From the human T2T-CHM13v2.0 reference genome, Homo sapiens: DNA of 64,000 nt. Location: assembly GCF_009914755.1 (NCBI RefSeq), contig NC_060932.1; one strand, written 5' to 3'. The notes under the pieces are model-generated. The model was not told the DNA's origin, did not search any database, and saw only the letters and a list, made by a program, of their open reading frames with translations. Below, piece by piece: positions 47,175-59,409 of the stretch; position 1 is the stretch's first letter; each line of letters begins with the position of its first letter. A program made the translations under genes and the position numbers.

Positions 47175-47385
47175 TAGTAGTTCTTAAAGTTTAGTGTGCT
47201 TAAGGATCATGAGGCATGCAGGATTGCTTAAAATGCGAATTCCTAAGATTTACTTTCTGTGATGCCAATTCAGTTGGTCATGAGTAAGACTTGAGTGAGA
47301 ACAAGTCTTTTGAACTTGTGTTTCATGTGATTTGGAAGGAGGAGGTCCAAGAATCACCAAATCACCATCTGAGATGTATCGCTGA
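47175..47385. mobile_element. MER5B-like MITE
   Basis: gttcttaaagtttagtgtgcttaaggatca...ttaaaatgcgaattcc...ggtccaagaatcac. Confidence 0.55.
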
Positions 47386-47839
47386 GGGTAATAGGAAGCT
47401 TTTGGAACGTTTGAATCCAGAGAGTGTCTTATAAGGTTGCATTACTCTGATCTAGTTGAATTCTTCCATTAATGTGCTAATTCTCAGCATTACTGATGCT
47501 ATGTTAGATACCTGGTTTTGTGTACTTCTCCACTGTCATGTGGTACCCACAGGAGATTAATATTAATGATAACAAGAAGGCAAAGGTTCTTTGGTGCTGT
47601 AATGCACAATGGCCTCCCATAAAAAAACTTCCATGAATTGAAATATATAGTCATGATTCAATTTAGAAATCTCCCCAACCAGAAGTTGGGAAGATTTAAG
47701 TTTTATCTAAATTTGTGTGGTGGTTTTTTTATGGTATCTAGCACTTTGTGGCAATTCATTGGCTAATCCAAATGTCTTTGTCAATCTAATTTCCTGCCAC
47801 TAAGGCCATTCAGAGTCCTCTGGGGTCTCTGGGAGTAAC

Positions 47840-48010
47840 CTTCACCATTCATTACTGCAAGAGCCTCTTAGCTGATCTCTGACTCCTGTCTTCTTCTTCT
47901 CAAATCCATTTTTCATATTATTGCCAGTTAATTTTCTAAAACTTGAGTAAAGATCATGCCACTTCTTTTAAGAACTTTCAATTGTTGTCCTGGCTGACTA
48001 CTTGCCATTC
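47840..48010 (+). mobile_element. L2 internal fragment
   Basis: attactgcaagagcctcttagctgatctc...caaatccatt...gatcatgccact. Confidence 0.6.
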
Positions 48011-48411
48011 TTAGAACAACTGCACAGTTCAAGTTGGTTTTGTTTTACTTGCCAAGTTGCCTCTTTCTTGAATGTCCTTAAATGGTGGGAAACCTACTAA
48101 TTTTTGTACCTCCTCCAGGAAGAGTTTCCAGATTCTCCCAGTCATAAATAATTGCTCTACTTTTGTTTCCACAGATTATTTTTTTGCTCTTGCTATAGAG
48201 CTAATCTAATTTTGCCATATGACATGTAATAACATATATCATCATATTTTATAGTTGTTTCTTTGTTCTTCATCTTCGCTGATCCCTCTCCCCAAAATTA
48301 TATAGTATGCTTCCTATTAGCAGCTAGGAATATAAAAATGACTTAAGGTTTGGCCTTCTTCAAGCTAATTACAGTGCAGTACAATTAACATAGATATTTC
48401 TCTTACCAGTT

Positions 48412-48845
48412 TGTATTCATCAGGGTAGCCTCAGAGCTGTAATAAGCAACTCCCAGTTCTCAGTGAATTAATAAAATTTTATTTATTTTTTTGCTTATGT
48501 CATGGTCCAGTGTAGATCGGTGGAGAAGTTCTGCTCTACACAGTCACATTCATGAACCCAAGTTTCTTCTTTCTAGAGACTCAAGCATTCTCCAAGATCT
48601 TGAAGTCCTCTGGAATTTTTTGCATCAGACTGGCAGGCAGGGGGAGACAAAGACAAGAAGGATTGCATGGGCTCTTTTATAAGCCAGGCTTAGTTATGTC
48701 AAGAGCCCTTGTACCATGTCCCTTTGTCCAGAGTCATGTCAAATGGCCCCTTCTAATTGCAAGAGTCTTGGAAATGCAATTTAGCTGTGAGCCCAGTATA
48801 AGAAGAAACAAGTTTGATGAACATTTTGTTAAATTCTTCCACACA
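48412..48845 (-). mobile_element. MLT1J-like MaLR LTR
   Basis: gctgtaataagcaactccca...tctgctctacacagtcac...gaaatgcaatttagctgtgagccca...aagaagaaac. Confidence 0.7.
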
Positions 48846-50284
48846 GACCATAAACAGCATGAAATTTCCTTAAAAGCCATGTTGCAGCACATAGTTCAAG
48901 AGGGGATGGACTTTCTTGGAAAACCAATGGTATAAGTCAAGTCACTGAGATGTAACAGAACATCTCAGGCATAGGAGATTGGCTAATAATATTCAGTAAT
49001 AAGCATATCCTGGTTACTCTGATGGAGCCAAGATCCCAGTCTTACCAGGCCGGACACTCAGACCCAAGCAAGGAATCTGTTTCTTCAGTCATGTTCCGAG
49101 AGCACAGGGCAACATGAATTGAAATGTTCCTCTTTAGAACTGAGTGGCACAGGCTTCTGCTTTCATTGGAATGAGATTCATGGGCCTGCCTCCTCTATGC
49201 AGGTGGAAGCTGAGTGAGGCAGCCCCTGTGCTGTTTTGTTAAAGGTGGAGAGGGACACCAGGGAAGTCTTACAGTTGATTGATCAAACTGGTTTTCTTCA
49301 GAGTCTCATCTGACACACCTGTCTCTTGCTTCTCACTCAATCCTCCTCTTTCCCTAAATCCTTTACACCATTGGGCATTTTTGAGTTTGACAAATTGCAC
49401 TGTCTGCATGGAGATAAATGCGAGGAGCCTGATTCTTATTTAAACCCAGAGAATCTGTGGGAACCAGATGTGTGTCCCAACAGACAGCAACACCTGGAGC
49501 CCAGCAGAAATCAGATAGGAATGGGGGAGGACTAAGAATGAGACGGATGCAGAGAGCAGCCCAGAGGTCTTGAAGAATCATTTTTTGAACATTCTGGGGA
49601 AAGGGATGGGATTAGTTCTGATGCGCTAATCATCTAGAATTTCCAGTAATGACAGCAGTTCATTTGGGCCAGATCCAGCCCAGTAATACTGTGGAAATGA
49701 ATTTTTTGTTTTTTTTCCCTTATAGAACACAGGGGCCTCTTGAATGTCCTCATTTCTCACATTTATTTGTTTAAAAGAAGGAGTTTGCTGACAGTGCCCC
49801 CATTAAGATGACTCTCCTTATCTATCAATCCTGCCATGCTCCCTGATAGAAAGGGAATTTGGTGCTTTTAAAAATAAGTTTTCTTCCCAAATGAAGCAAA
49901 GCATGGAGAAGGGGGAAAGAAAAGTAAAATGTGAGACTTGTCATGTGAAAGCCAGTTTCATTATTTGTCCTTTAGCTGCTTTTGTTTCCCCTCAGGGAGT
50001 GTTTGGGTCTCTCTCCAATTTGCTAAAGATGAAAGCCCAGTTGTCCAAGCATAAATGACAGAAAAGGACAGACGGAGGAGCGGATTTTTCCAATACTAAT
50101 CCTTGGTCTTCAGACTGAAAATAGGATCTGGGGACCTGTTGTTGCTAAGTATATGTAGGAATGTGCCAAATTAGAGTTCCCAGGCTTTGTCTCCCAGAAA
50201 GGTCTGTTAGACACCTAAAGTTCCTGCTGGTGAAAAAACAACATATTTTAATAGAGATTTTATATATGATTCTTATTTTGTATT

Positions 50285-50550
50285 ATTATTATTGATACAT
50301 AATAGATGTTTATATTTTGGGGGTACATGTGAAATTTGATACTTTCATATAAGGTGTGAAGATCAAATCAGGGTAATTGGAATATTCATCAACTTAAATA
50401 ATTATCTATTCTTTATGCCAGAAACATTAGAATTATTCTCTTCTGGCTATTTTGAAGTGTATAATATATTATCATTAACTATAGTCACTCTACTGATTAT
50501 TAAACATTAGGTTTTATTTCTTCTATGTAACTGTATATTTGCACTCATTG
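50285..50550 (-). mobile_element. L1MA4/5-like 3' end
   Basis: ggggtacatgtgaaatttgatac...atcaaatcagggtaattggaatattcatc. Confidence 0.8.
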
Positions 50551-50573
50551 ATAATATCATTTGTATAGACGGG

Positions 50574-50788
50574 TTTTTTTTTTTATTTTTTTTGAGACAG
50601 GGTCTTGCTCTGTCACCTAGGCTGGAGTGCAGTGGTGCAATCTCGACTCACTGCAACTTCTGCCTCCCAGGCTAAAGCGATTCTCCCACTTCAGCCTCCG
50701 CAGTACCTGGGACTACAGGCACACCACCACGCCAGGTTAATTTTTGTATTTTTTGTAGAGACGGGGTTTTGCAATGTTGCCCAGGCTT
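50574..50788 (-). mobile_element. Alu (AluJb-like), 5'-truncated
   Basis: Right arm, linker and part of left arm, ending ...gttgcccaggct. Confidence 0.9.
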
Positions 50789-51279
50789 AGATTTTTTTTT
50801 TTTCTCAAAGTTCCTTTTCATCTCTAATCTTGCTTATTTAGGGCAGTTTTCAATTCTGAGCTCAGACCTTCTTACTTCTTTTTTCCGTGAGATGCCTCAG
50901 AGACAATAACCTGCCCACCATCTCCAAGCCCCACTCATTCTGGGGACACAGTCACCCATGTGGGAATGGGATGGAGACCAAGCTAGAAGGATGGACCAAT
51001 GTCTGCTAAATACTGATAAATAGAGTTTTGCAGTAGATGTAGCACTGGGTCAGAAGGGAACGGAAACCCATGGATGGGTCCTGCCTTACATATTCCCAAC
51101 TCTATGGTCATAGATAAAGTGTTTCAATAATTTGGACCTTATTTCCTAAACTGTAAAATGTGGCTAAAGTTCTGTTGGTTACTTTACCTCTATGGTTCCT
51201 TTCTGCTTCATGAATATGGGTCTGCAAAGTCTTTTGTATCTGAACACTCCTGGCATTTATAGTGATTCAAATAAAGAAA

Positions 51280-51555
51280 TTTGGATAATTTGTTAGCCCT
51301 CAGACAAATATGGCCTACGTTTTCTCATCTTATTTAATTTAATTTTTTTAATTTTTATTTTTATACACTTAGAGGTACAAGTGCTGTTTTGTTACATAGA
51401 TATGTTGGGTAGTGGTGAAAAATTTTTTATTTTAAAAAATGAGAACAATAATAGCATCTACTTCATAAAGGTGTGAGCATCAAATGACAAAAAATTTGGA
51501 AGGCATTTACCATGCCAGCTATATTGTCAACAATCAATATATACTAAATATTATT
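51280..51555 (+). mobile_element. MIR interrupted by an L1PB 3' tip (51335-51420, minus strand)
   Basis: ttttctcatc | ...gtacaagtgctgttttgttacatagatat...agtggtgaa | aaaatgagaacaataatagcatctacttcata. Confidence 0.65.
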
Positions 51556-51556
51556 T

Positions 51557-52113
<557 letters not shown>

Positions 52114-52634
52114 AAGGACATACTAGATATTATGATCCCTCTACTTCACAGTCATAGGAAATAAATGATAATTTTGAGGTATGTTATCAATGTTTCTCTT
52201 GCAAGTAGAGTCTGTGTCATTGGCTACACAGGATTTCAGGGCAGAAGTTACATCACGTAGGGAAGGGAATGCATTACTCTTGGAGGCCATGCAATATCTC
52301 GCTCCTGGGTGAGGCCTGTGAGGGGAGGCTGAGATGTGTTTGCTTATTATAACTCTTCACACCCCAGAGCTCCATCTGTGAAAACTAGCTGTGGCAGAAA
52401 GGGAAGGTCTAGGCTCCTCTGTCAATATCCTTGGTATCCATGGAGAGCCGGGGGAGCCCCAAATGGATCATAATTTTAGGTAGTTTTAAATGGAAGACCT
52501 GGGAACAGGTTTTAGAATGGGGGCCACAATCAAATGGGCTTTGACAACCCCATGATGAACCATGCAGCTTCTCAGATGCAAGCATTTTCCCTTTCATTTG
52601 GGTCTATTTGTGAAACCAGAGTGATGACGAGCAA

Positions 52635-52790
52635 GGAGATTATTATTAAGCATCGACTGGGTGCCAGGCACTTAATACATGTGATTCCCTTGTCTTTCCA
52701 GCTCTTCAGCCCAGTCCCAACAGGTAGAGACTTGCTCAATCACTTCCTCCAGTTAAGCAGGGAAAGTGGAGTAAGACAGGACCCCTGCCT
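52635..52790 (-). mobile_element. MIR fragment
   Basis: tattaagcatcgactgggtgccaggcactt...gacttgctcaatcac. Confidence 0.55.
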
Positions 52791-53829
52791 TGCCACTGTG
52801 CGATGGTGTCCCTCCCCAGGGGTTCAGACTCCCTCCCTGGTTTTAGGTTAGCTATACTAAATAAATTGACTAGGATATGGCATTCTATTTCTCTTGAATT
52901 ATAGATAAAGATTTGATTAGGTTGTTGATTAATGATTTAGTAAAGCCCCATGTTTTCAGAAGGCTGATGAGGTCTCCTCAGGGTGCTTAATGTTTAGCAT
53001 TTTCAGAAAACCCAGTTGTCTCGCAATCCCTGTATTTAAATACGCTTTCAAGTGATCCAAAACCACAGATAAAAGATACAAATGGAAAAAAAATTAGCAT
53101 ATTTTCTTTCAAGTGTAGGTGGGCGCATATGTAAATGTGTATTCTGCTGCTCTCAATGTGTGTTAACATAGGAGTGTGTGAGTGAGTGATGGATGAGAGA
53201 AACAGTGACAGCAATTTAATTAATTCTACTGACATTGTTATGCCTTCAAATGCAAGTAAGAATGGAGATTGTAGCAACCTAGAAATCTCCATGGCTGCTA
53301 TTGATCTTACTCTTCTGTTCAGTAAAAATAGAGCTGCAAATTAACAAAACAAACCAACCCCTGGCAACTGATGGCTTACTGATGATGAAATCTCTGAGGA
53401 AGTTTGTGGAATGACCTTCTTGTTCAGAAAGGAGGGACTTCTCAGCCTCTATCCCCCTGTGCAAAAAGAGTAACAAGGCTTTTCAGCTCAAGGAAAAGGA
53501 GAAAGATTGGCATTGTGGGAGTCACCTAGTCACCTATTTGGTTTCATATATCTCTGTCATGTCACCATTGCTAATTAGTGAAAATGCATTTCCTGACAAC
53601 CACTATTAGAAACAATTTTATCCACGAAAGTTCTGAAGAATGAAACCTTAAAAAAAATGGAAGGATACAAAACTGGGTCAACTTGCTGTGTTTTATTTGA
53701 CTTGTCTGCATATGTGAATGAAGCTTTGGAAACTAATTAATACCCCTAGAAAATGTTTAGTTTTTAAATCATTTATTGTAATGGTCCATGGAGATGGTAG
53801 GTTTGTATATAGCCGTTGACAATGCCACT

Positions 53830-53950
53830 AACTAGTTGAACTTCAGCAAGTCACATGATCTCTTTGAGAGGTGCTTCCTCTTTTGAAAAGTTAGATTGCA
53901 GGATTGAATAGGTTTTAAAGTCCTTGTCAGTGCTACGTTCCATAATTCTC
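53830..53950 (+). mobile_element. MIR3-like fragment
   Basis: gaacttcagcaagtcacatgatctctttga...taaagtccttgtcagtgctacgttccataattct. Confidence 0.55.
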
Positions 53951-53961
53951 CCTCTATAGGG

Positions 53962-54871
53962 CAATAGTTCCTAAGTAAAGGGGAGAGGGACAGAGAGGAG
54001 TGCTTTGTCTCCCAGGGGAGATTTGACAATGCGTAGATTTTTTTTTTTTTTAAACTTTCATTTTAGGTTCAGGGGTCCTTGTGCAAGTTTGTAATATAGG
54101 TAGACTTGTGTCACAGGGTTTTGGTGTACAGATTATTTTATCACCCAGGTAATAAAGATGGTACCCAATAGTTATGTTTTCTGATCCTTCTCCTTCTCCC
54201 ATTCTCTACTCTCAAGTAGGGCCCAGTGTCTCTCGTTTCCCTCTTTGTGTCCATGCATTCTCATCATTTAGCTCCCACTTATAAGTGAGAACATGCAGTA
54301 CTTGGTTTTCTGTTCCTGCATTAGTTTGCTAATGATAATGTCCTCTAGCTCCATCTATGTTCCTGCAAAGGACATGATCTTGTTTTTTGTATGGCTGCAT
54401 AGTATTCCATGGTGTATATGTACCACATTTTCTTTATTCACTCTGCTGTTGATAGGCATTTAGGTCGATTCCATATTTTTGCTATTGTGAATAGTGCTGC
54501 AATGAACATACGTGTGCATGTGTCTTTACGGCAGAACAATTTATATTCCTTTGGGTGTATACCCAGTAATGGGATTTCTGGGTTGAATGATAGTTCTGTT
54601 TTTAGCTTTTTGAGAATCACCACACTGCTTTCCATAATGGTGGAACTAATTTACATTCCCACCAAGTGTATAAGTTGTTCCCTTTTCTCGTGTGGAGATA
54701 TTTTTGGTTGTCATAACTGAGGTAAGGGAGATGAACTGGGGAACTGCTACTTGCATCTCATCAGTGGAGGCTTGGGATGCCACCAACTACCCTACCAATG
54801 CACAAAACAGGCCCCCACAATAAAGAATTGTCTGGCCAAAATGCCACTAGTGCTGAGGTTGAGAAATTCTG
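53962..54871. mobile_element. MER20 hAT transposon split by an L1PA
   Basis: 5' part cccaggggagatttgacaatg (to ~54036); 3' part tggagatatttttggttgtcataac...gtgctgaggttgagaaattctg; approximate 8-bp TSD ctataggg/ctctagga. Confidence 0.85.
54037..54689 (-). mobile_element. L1PA13-16-like 3' end
   Basis: T-tail; ggtgtacagattattttatcacccagg; ORF 54438-54635 NPEIPLLGIHPKE...TCTRMFIAALFTIAK. Confidence 0.9.
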
Positions 54872-54949
54872 CTCTAGGAGCATAAACAGTTAACTTATAT
54901 CCTTGATCCCTCTACCATTGAAAAATTATAAACAATTCAATTTCCTGAT

Positions 54950-55342
54950 TGTATTAGTTCATTCTTATACTGCTAAAGGACATACCCAAGACTGGGTAAT
55001 TTATAAAGGAAAGAGATTTAATTGACTCATAGTTCTTTGGGTTGGGGAGGCCTCAAGAAACAATCTCTGTATTAAGAAATACAAATCATGGTGGAAGGGG
55101 AAGCAAACACATCCTTCTTCACATGGTGGCAGAAAGAAGAAGAATGAGTGCCCAGTGAAGCAGGGAGCCCCTTGTAAAACCATTAAGTCTCCTGAGAACT
55201 AACTCACTATTACAAGAACAGGGTGTGGGAAATCAGCCCGGTGATTCAATTATCTCTACCTCTTCTCTCCTAAGACACAAGGGGATTATGGAAACTACAA
55301 TGCCATATGAGATTTGGGTGGGGACACAGCCAAACCATATTA
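54950..55342 (-). mobile_element. THE1C MaLR solo LTR
   Basis: TGTATTAG...ggggacacagccaaaccatat; perfect TSD ctgat at 54945-54949 and 55343-55347. Confidence 0.92.
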
Positions 55343-55674
55343 CTGATGATTGACATCCAACATTTCATATGCTGGTCTTCAGAGGCTAAACTTAGATCTA
55401 AAGACAGATGGCAGCGGGGCATTCCCTAAAGATAAAAGCATGGTGCTTAGGGCTTGGGAAGAGACTGTGCAAAAGTCTTGAATAGTTTAGGATTGCATTA
55501 GATAAAGGTATTCCCAATCATCTCTTATATTTAGTGCTGTTTTCCATGATGTACTTATTGTATAAAAGGGGTAAAAGATAAAATAGTAACTAGTTCTTCA
55601 ACCTGCTGATAAGCAAATGCTTCTATACCTGAGCTGTTTATACAAAAACTGATAATCAGGTATCCTTTACCATC

Positions 55675-56173
55675 AAAACAGATTTTCTGTTGCTGCTTAG
55701 ATAAATTACCACAAATGTTGTGACATTAAAAAAATACATTTATTATCTTAAAATTTGATGGGTTAGGAGTTCAACACAGGTATCATGGGCTAAAGCCAGA
55801 CTGTCAGCAGGACTGCATTCCCTTCTGGAGGCTCCAGGGAGGAATCCACCTGCTTGCCTTTGTCCAGCTTCTGAAGCTTCCTATATTCTTTGTCTTGTGG
55901 CCCCTTCCTCTATCTTTTAAGTTAACAACTTCCGTAGTCACATCTTCCCTTGACTCTAACCTCAGCCACAAAAGGTTTGTTTGTTTGGTTTCAAAGAATG
56001 CATATAATTAGGTTGGGCACCCTGAACCCAGGTTCAGGATAATCTCCCCATCTCAAGGCCTTTAAACTCAATCACAATGGCAAAGTCCTTTTTGCCATGT
56101 ATGGTACCATGTCCCCAAGTTGTAGGGATTTAGATATGGGTATTTTGGGGCCACTTTTCTTTCTGCCATAGCA
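55675..56173 (-). mobile_element. MLT1D-like MaLR LTR
   Basis: aaattaccacaaa...ccttctggaggctccagggaggaatcc...caggataatctccccatctcaagg...gcaaagtcctttttgccatg. Confidence 0.82.
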
Positions 56174-56176
56174 GGA

Positions 56177-56608
56177 CTGTCTGTTTTGGATGCTGTTGTG
56201 CCATCGAGATCCACCTTCAGAGCTAAGGCGCCCATTTCTTCAGTTGCAGGGAGTGTGGGCCTTTGACAACTTTCTGCTGAGTTGCTTTCTGGGGATGTCC
56301 TCAACTAAAGAAAACCACTGCTCTCAAACTCAAGCCTCATCCCAGAGGCAGCCCATAGACAATGACTGGTCGATGCAGGGATGTAAAATTATTGGTCCCT
56401 TGTCTAAAAACATGACAACTTTGATGGGCCATTCCAGCTCTAGAGCTTATAAGAAGATGGGCTGAAGCCTTTGCTCTGAGTGCATCAGAGTTCAGCTTCT
56501 CCCGGTTCTCAGTCTTCCTTCTTATAGCTTTTATTGATGTTGGTTCCTAGGACACTTCCCAATAAGCTTCCTGCAAGAAAATATTCATCTCAGAGTCTGT
56601 CCCTGAAC
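56177..56608 (+). mobile_element. LTR16-family (ERVL) 5' LTR
   Basis: ggcagcccatagacaatgactg...gatgggccattccagctc...cccaataagcttcctgca...catctcagagtctg. Confidence 0.72.
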
Positions 56609-59400
56609 TGTTGATGCCAATAGTTGTATGATGAGGCATATTCTATAATAGGCCTTTGGAGCTGGCAATGAAGACCCAATCACTGTGGAAGGTGGAACAT
56701 GGATAGCTTCCTGCATGATGTGGTGTGATTGTAAAAACCCACATGGGGGATGTGGGTGGGGGCAGGAATTGCAATCAGGTACTGGTGGAAACTCTTAGTG
56801 GAGGCAGTGTCTGAGATGTTTGGGAAGTTTGAGAGGGCAGTGATTAAAAAGACTGTAATTTCTGGAGGCAGTCTATGTATTAAGAAATACAATAGTAGGT
56901 TGGGATGACTGATAACCAATTAAAGGCTAAGTGTGAATGCCAGAAGGCCTTCCTTCTTTGCAACATGTAAGGAGTTTGCTCCAGCCAGAGGATAGAAAAA
57001 GCTGGAGATCATGCCCAGGATTTAATTATAAGTGTGGCAGAGCTCCAGAGGAGGCTGAATTTTCAGCCTCAGCAAATTTCCTCTGCATGAGCAGGGCCTT
57101 TGTCAGACTTGAGATGAGGACATCTGAGTTAATGCACTTGAAACTCTTAAATTTCCAGATCCCTCTGACCTGTCTAGGCCCACAGATGTGACCTATTCCT
57201 CCTCACTAAATGCTAATCTTTTATTCTTGAAGATAATGCAGAGGTCTCTGCCTTGCAAAGCATATGCATCCCACTCATTACCTACCTTCTCCTCCCATCC
57301 TGATCACCAGTCCAATAAATAACTAGGATTAAATCAGAACATAACTTGGCCAGGGAAGTTCTGGGCCAGCTAAGAGAGGTTGAAGGATTTGCAGGACCTA
57401 CGTACTATGTACTTACATGAGCTGGAACATGTATGGACCGGGTCTGAGATGCTGGATCAAGATACAAAATGAAATACCAGGTTGGATAAGGGAGAACTTA
57501 TCAATATGGAAGAACCTCATGATATAGGATTTAACAAACTGGCAAGGACCTTAGGGGATGATATTAATGTGCTGCTAGGTTAGTATAATGTTGGAAGCTT
57601 GGAGAAAGTGTTAGGTTCCCTAAATAAACTAGAAATGCCAGAGCTGCTGAGAAAGATTGCAGAAATGTTATCAAGAGGCTCAGATAATTTGGTATGCTAG
57701 ATTAAATATAGTGTGTAACCCACCAGTCAACTCTGTTTCCTGGAAGAGTCTAGGAGGCATTCTGTTTATCAAAGTGGTAAAGAGCTAACTGGTTAGAGGG
57801 CTTTCACATTTGTTGTGGGGCTCAGCAGTGACTGATCTCCACAGGCCAGGGACAATGGTAATGGATGCTGTGCCAGAATTTAGCTTATTGAGAGGAAAAG
57901 AGATGATACAACGTTGAAAAAATAGAAGCCAGATGTCAGTGCATAACTGCCAGAAGCAAGATGGGCACAATTATCATAGTAAGTGGCACTGTTGGAGTGG
58001 TGGCTGGAAGGCCTGTCCCACCAAGAACTATGAAGGTGGTTAAAAGAACACAGTATTCCTAGAGACAGTATAAAGGGGAAGTCAACAAGATATTGTTTGA
58101 TCTATAGAATTAAAAGGAAATCAGAGAGATCAGGAGATTGAAGGCAGGCATTCCAGTTAAAAGTTATGATCCTTTGACCAATTTTCTGGCCCAGAAACCA
58201 CTGATGGAAGGAGAGACCAGTTCCCCAGGAAGAATGAACACCATAGTAATTATATATAGTAATAATTCTTCTAGTAGGTTCCCAAATGGGTGTATGATCA
58301 TTTACTTGGATAACATTAAAGAAAAAAAAAGATATTCAAACCTATCAAAGATCTCAGTTGATATAGATGCGTGGGGACCTAAGGTGTCACCATGGGCCCC
58401 CATATGGCAGCAAGTGGGGGCCATGTAATAAATGGTGTCCTGGGCCGGGTTGACCCACAGCCAACCAGTGGTCATTTTTATAGGCCTGAATATTTAATTG
58501 GGTGGGTATACTTTGGAATTGGCAAAAGCCCTACATTGATTCCATGGCTTGTGGGGTAAGAGTAGAGAGGAAGACCAAGTGGAAACCTCCTAAATACCTC
58601 ATAAACCAAGAGAGTAAATAAAAAGCAATATTGCAATATTTATGGCAAAAAACCAATAAATAAAGTAAATGGCAGAAATTATGGGCACTCTTTACATTGT
58701 AAAAGGGTGTAGAGATGATGGTCCACATTAGATGACCATTTAGTTTACTATTTTGGCCCTTATAAAAATGATGCAATTAGCTGGGCATGGTGGCATGGAC
58801 CTGTAGTCCTAGCTATTTGGGAAGCTGAGGCAGAAGAATCTCTTGAGCCCAGGAGCCTGCTTCTTGCAGTAGGAAATTAATCTCTCTGAAAACAGGCTTT
58901 TGTGTGCCACAGGGGTCTGGGAGAAACAGAGTGCCTGATCAAGGGATACCAACTGTCCTAGGTAGCCAGAATTGCCCCTCATGACCTGGATTCTGTCAGA
59001 TCCATCAAATCATAAGATTGGGTGAACCTGGTAGCAATCTATCACAGGAAGGAAGTGGTAAATTTGGGATCAGGCATGAGCAAAGCCAGATGGCTCAAGT
59101 CAGCTTCATGTGCCAGACCCACATGTGTTCCATCTCTGTCAAAATGATGTTTCTCCCTCTCCTAAAATCTATGACCACAGGATGAGCCAACAACTACAGC
59201 TTCCACTTACTAAACTCCATCAAGCTACCATTTCTGCCAGTAGCCCAACTTGCTGGCCACAGGACCAAAGCTTAGCCCCCAGTATGACACTAGCTTTCAA
59301 AAAGACTGACTGGTGATAAGGAGACAATGGCCATTATATGGCAGTATGTTATTTGTGGGTCATATACACAAGTTTAGAAATCAACGGGTAGAAGTTAGAT
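56609..59400 (+). mobile_element. HERV16/ERVL internal region (degenerate gag-pro-pol remnants)
   Basis: Follows the LTR16; ERVL-like segments gtggcagagctccagaggaggctgaa, ggttggataagggagaacttat, gtaataaatggtgtcctgg, ccaagtggaaacctc; no intact ORF. Confidence 0.65.
58777..58855 (+). mobile_element. Alu fragment (AluJ/FRAM-like)
   Basis: ttagctgggcatggtggcatggacctgtagtcctagcta...cttgagcccaggag. Confidence 0.8.
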
Positions 59401-59409
59401 CTGAATGTG

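Noticed and set aside
47286-47309. AAGACTTG-8nt-CAAGTCTT hairpin
   Set aside because: 8-bp arms are expected by chance, and it lies in a MER5 element that is naturally semi-palindromic.
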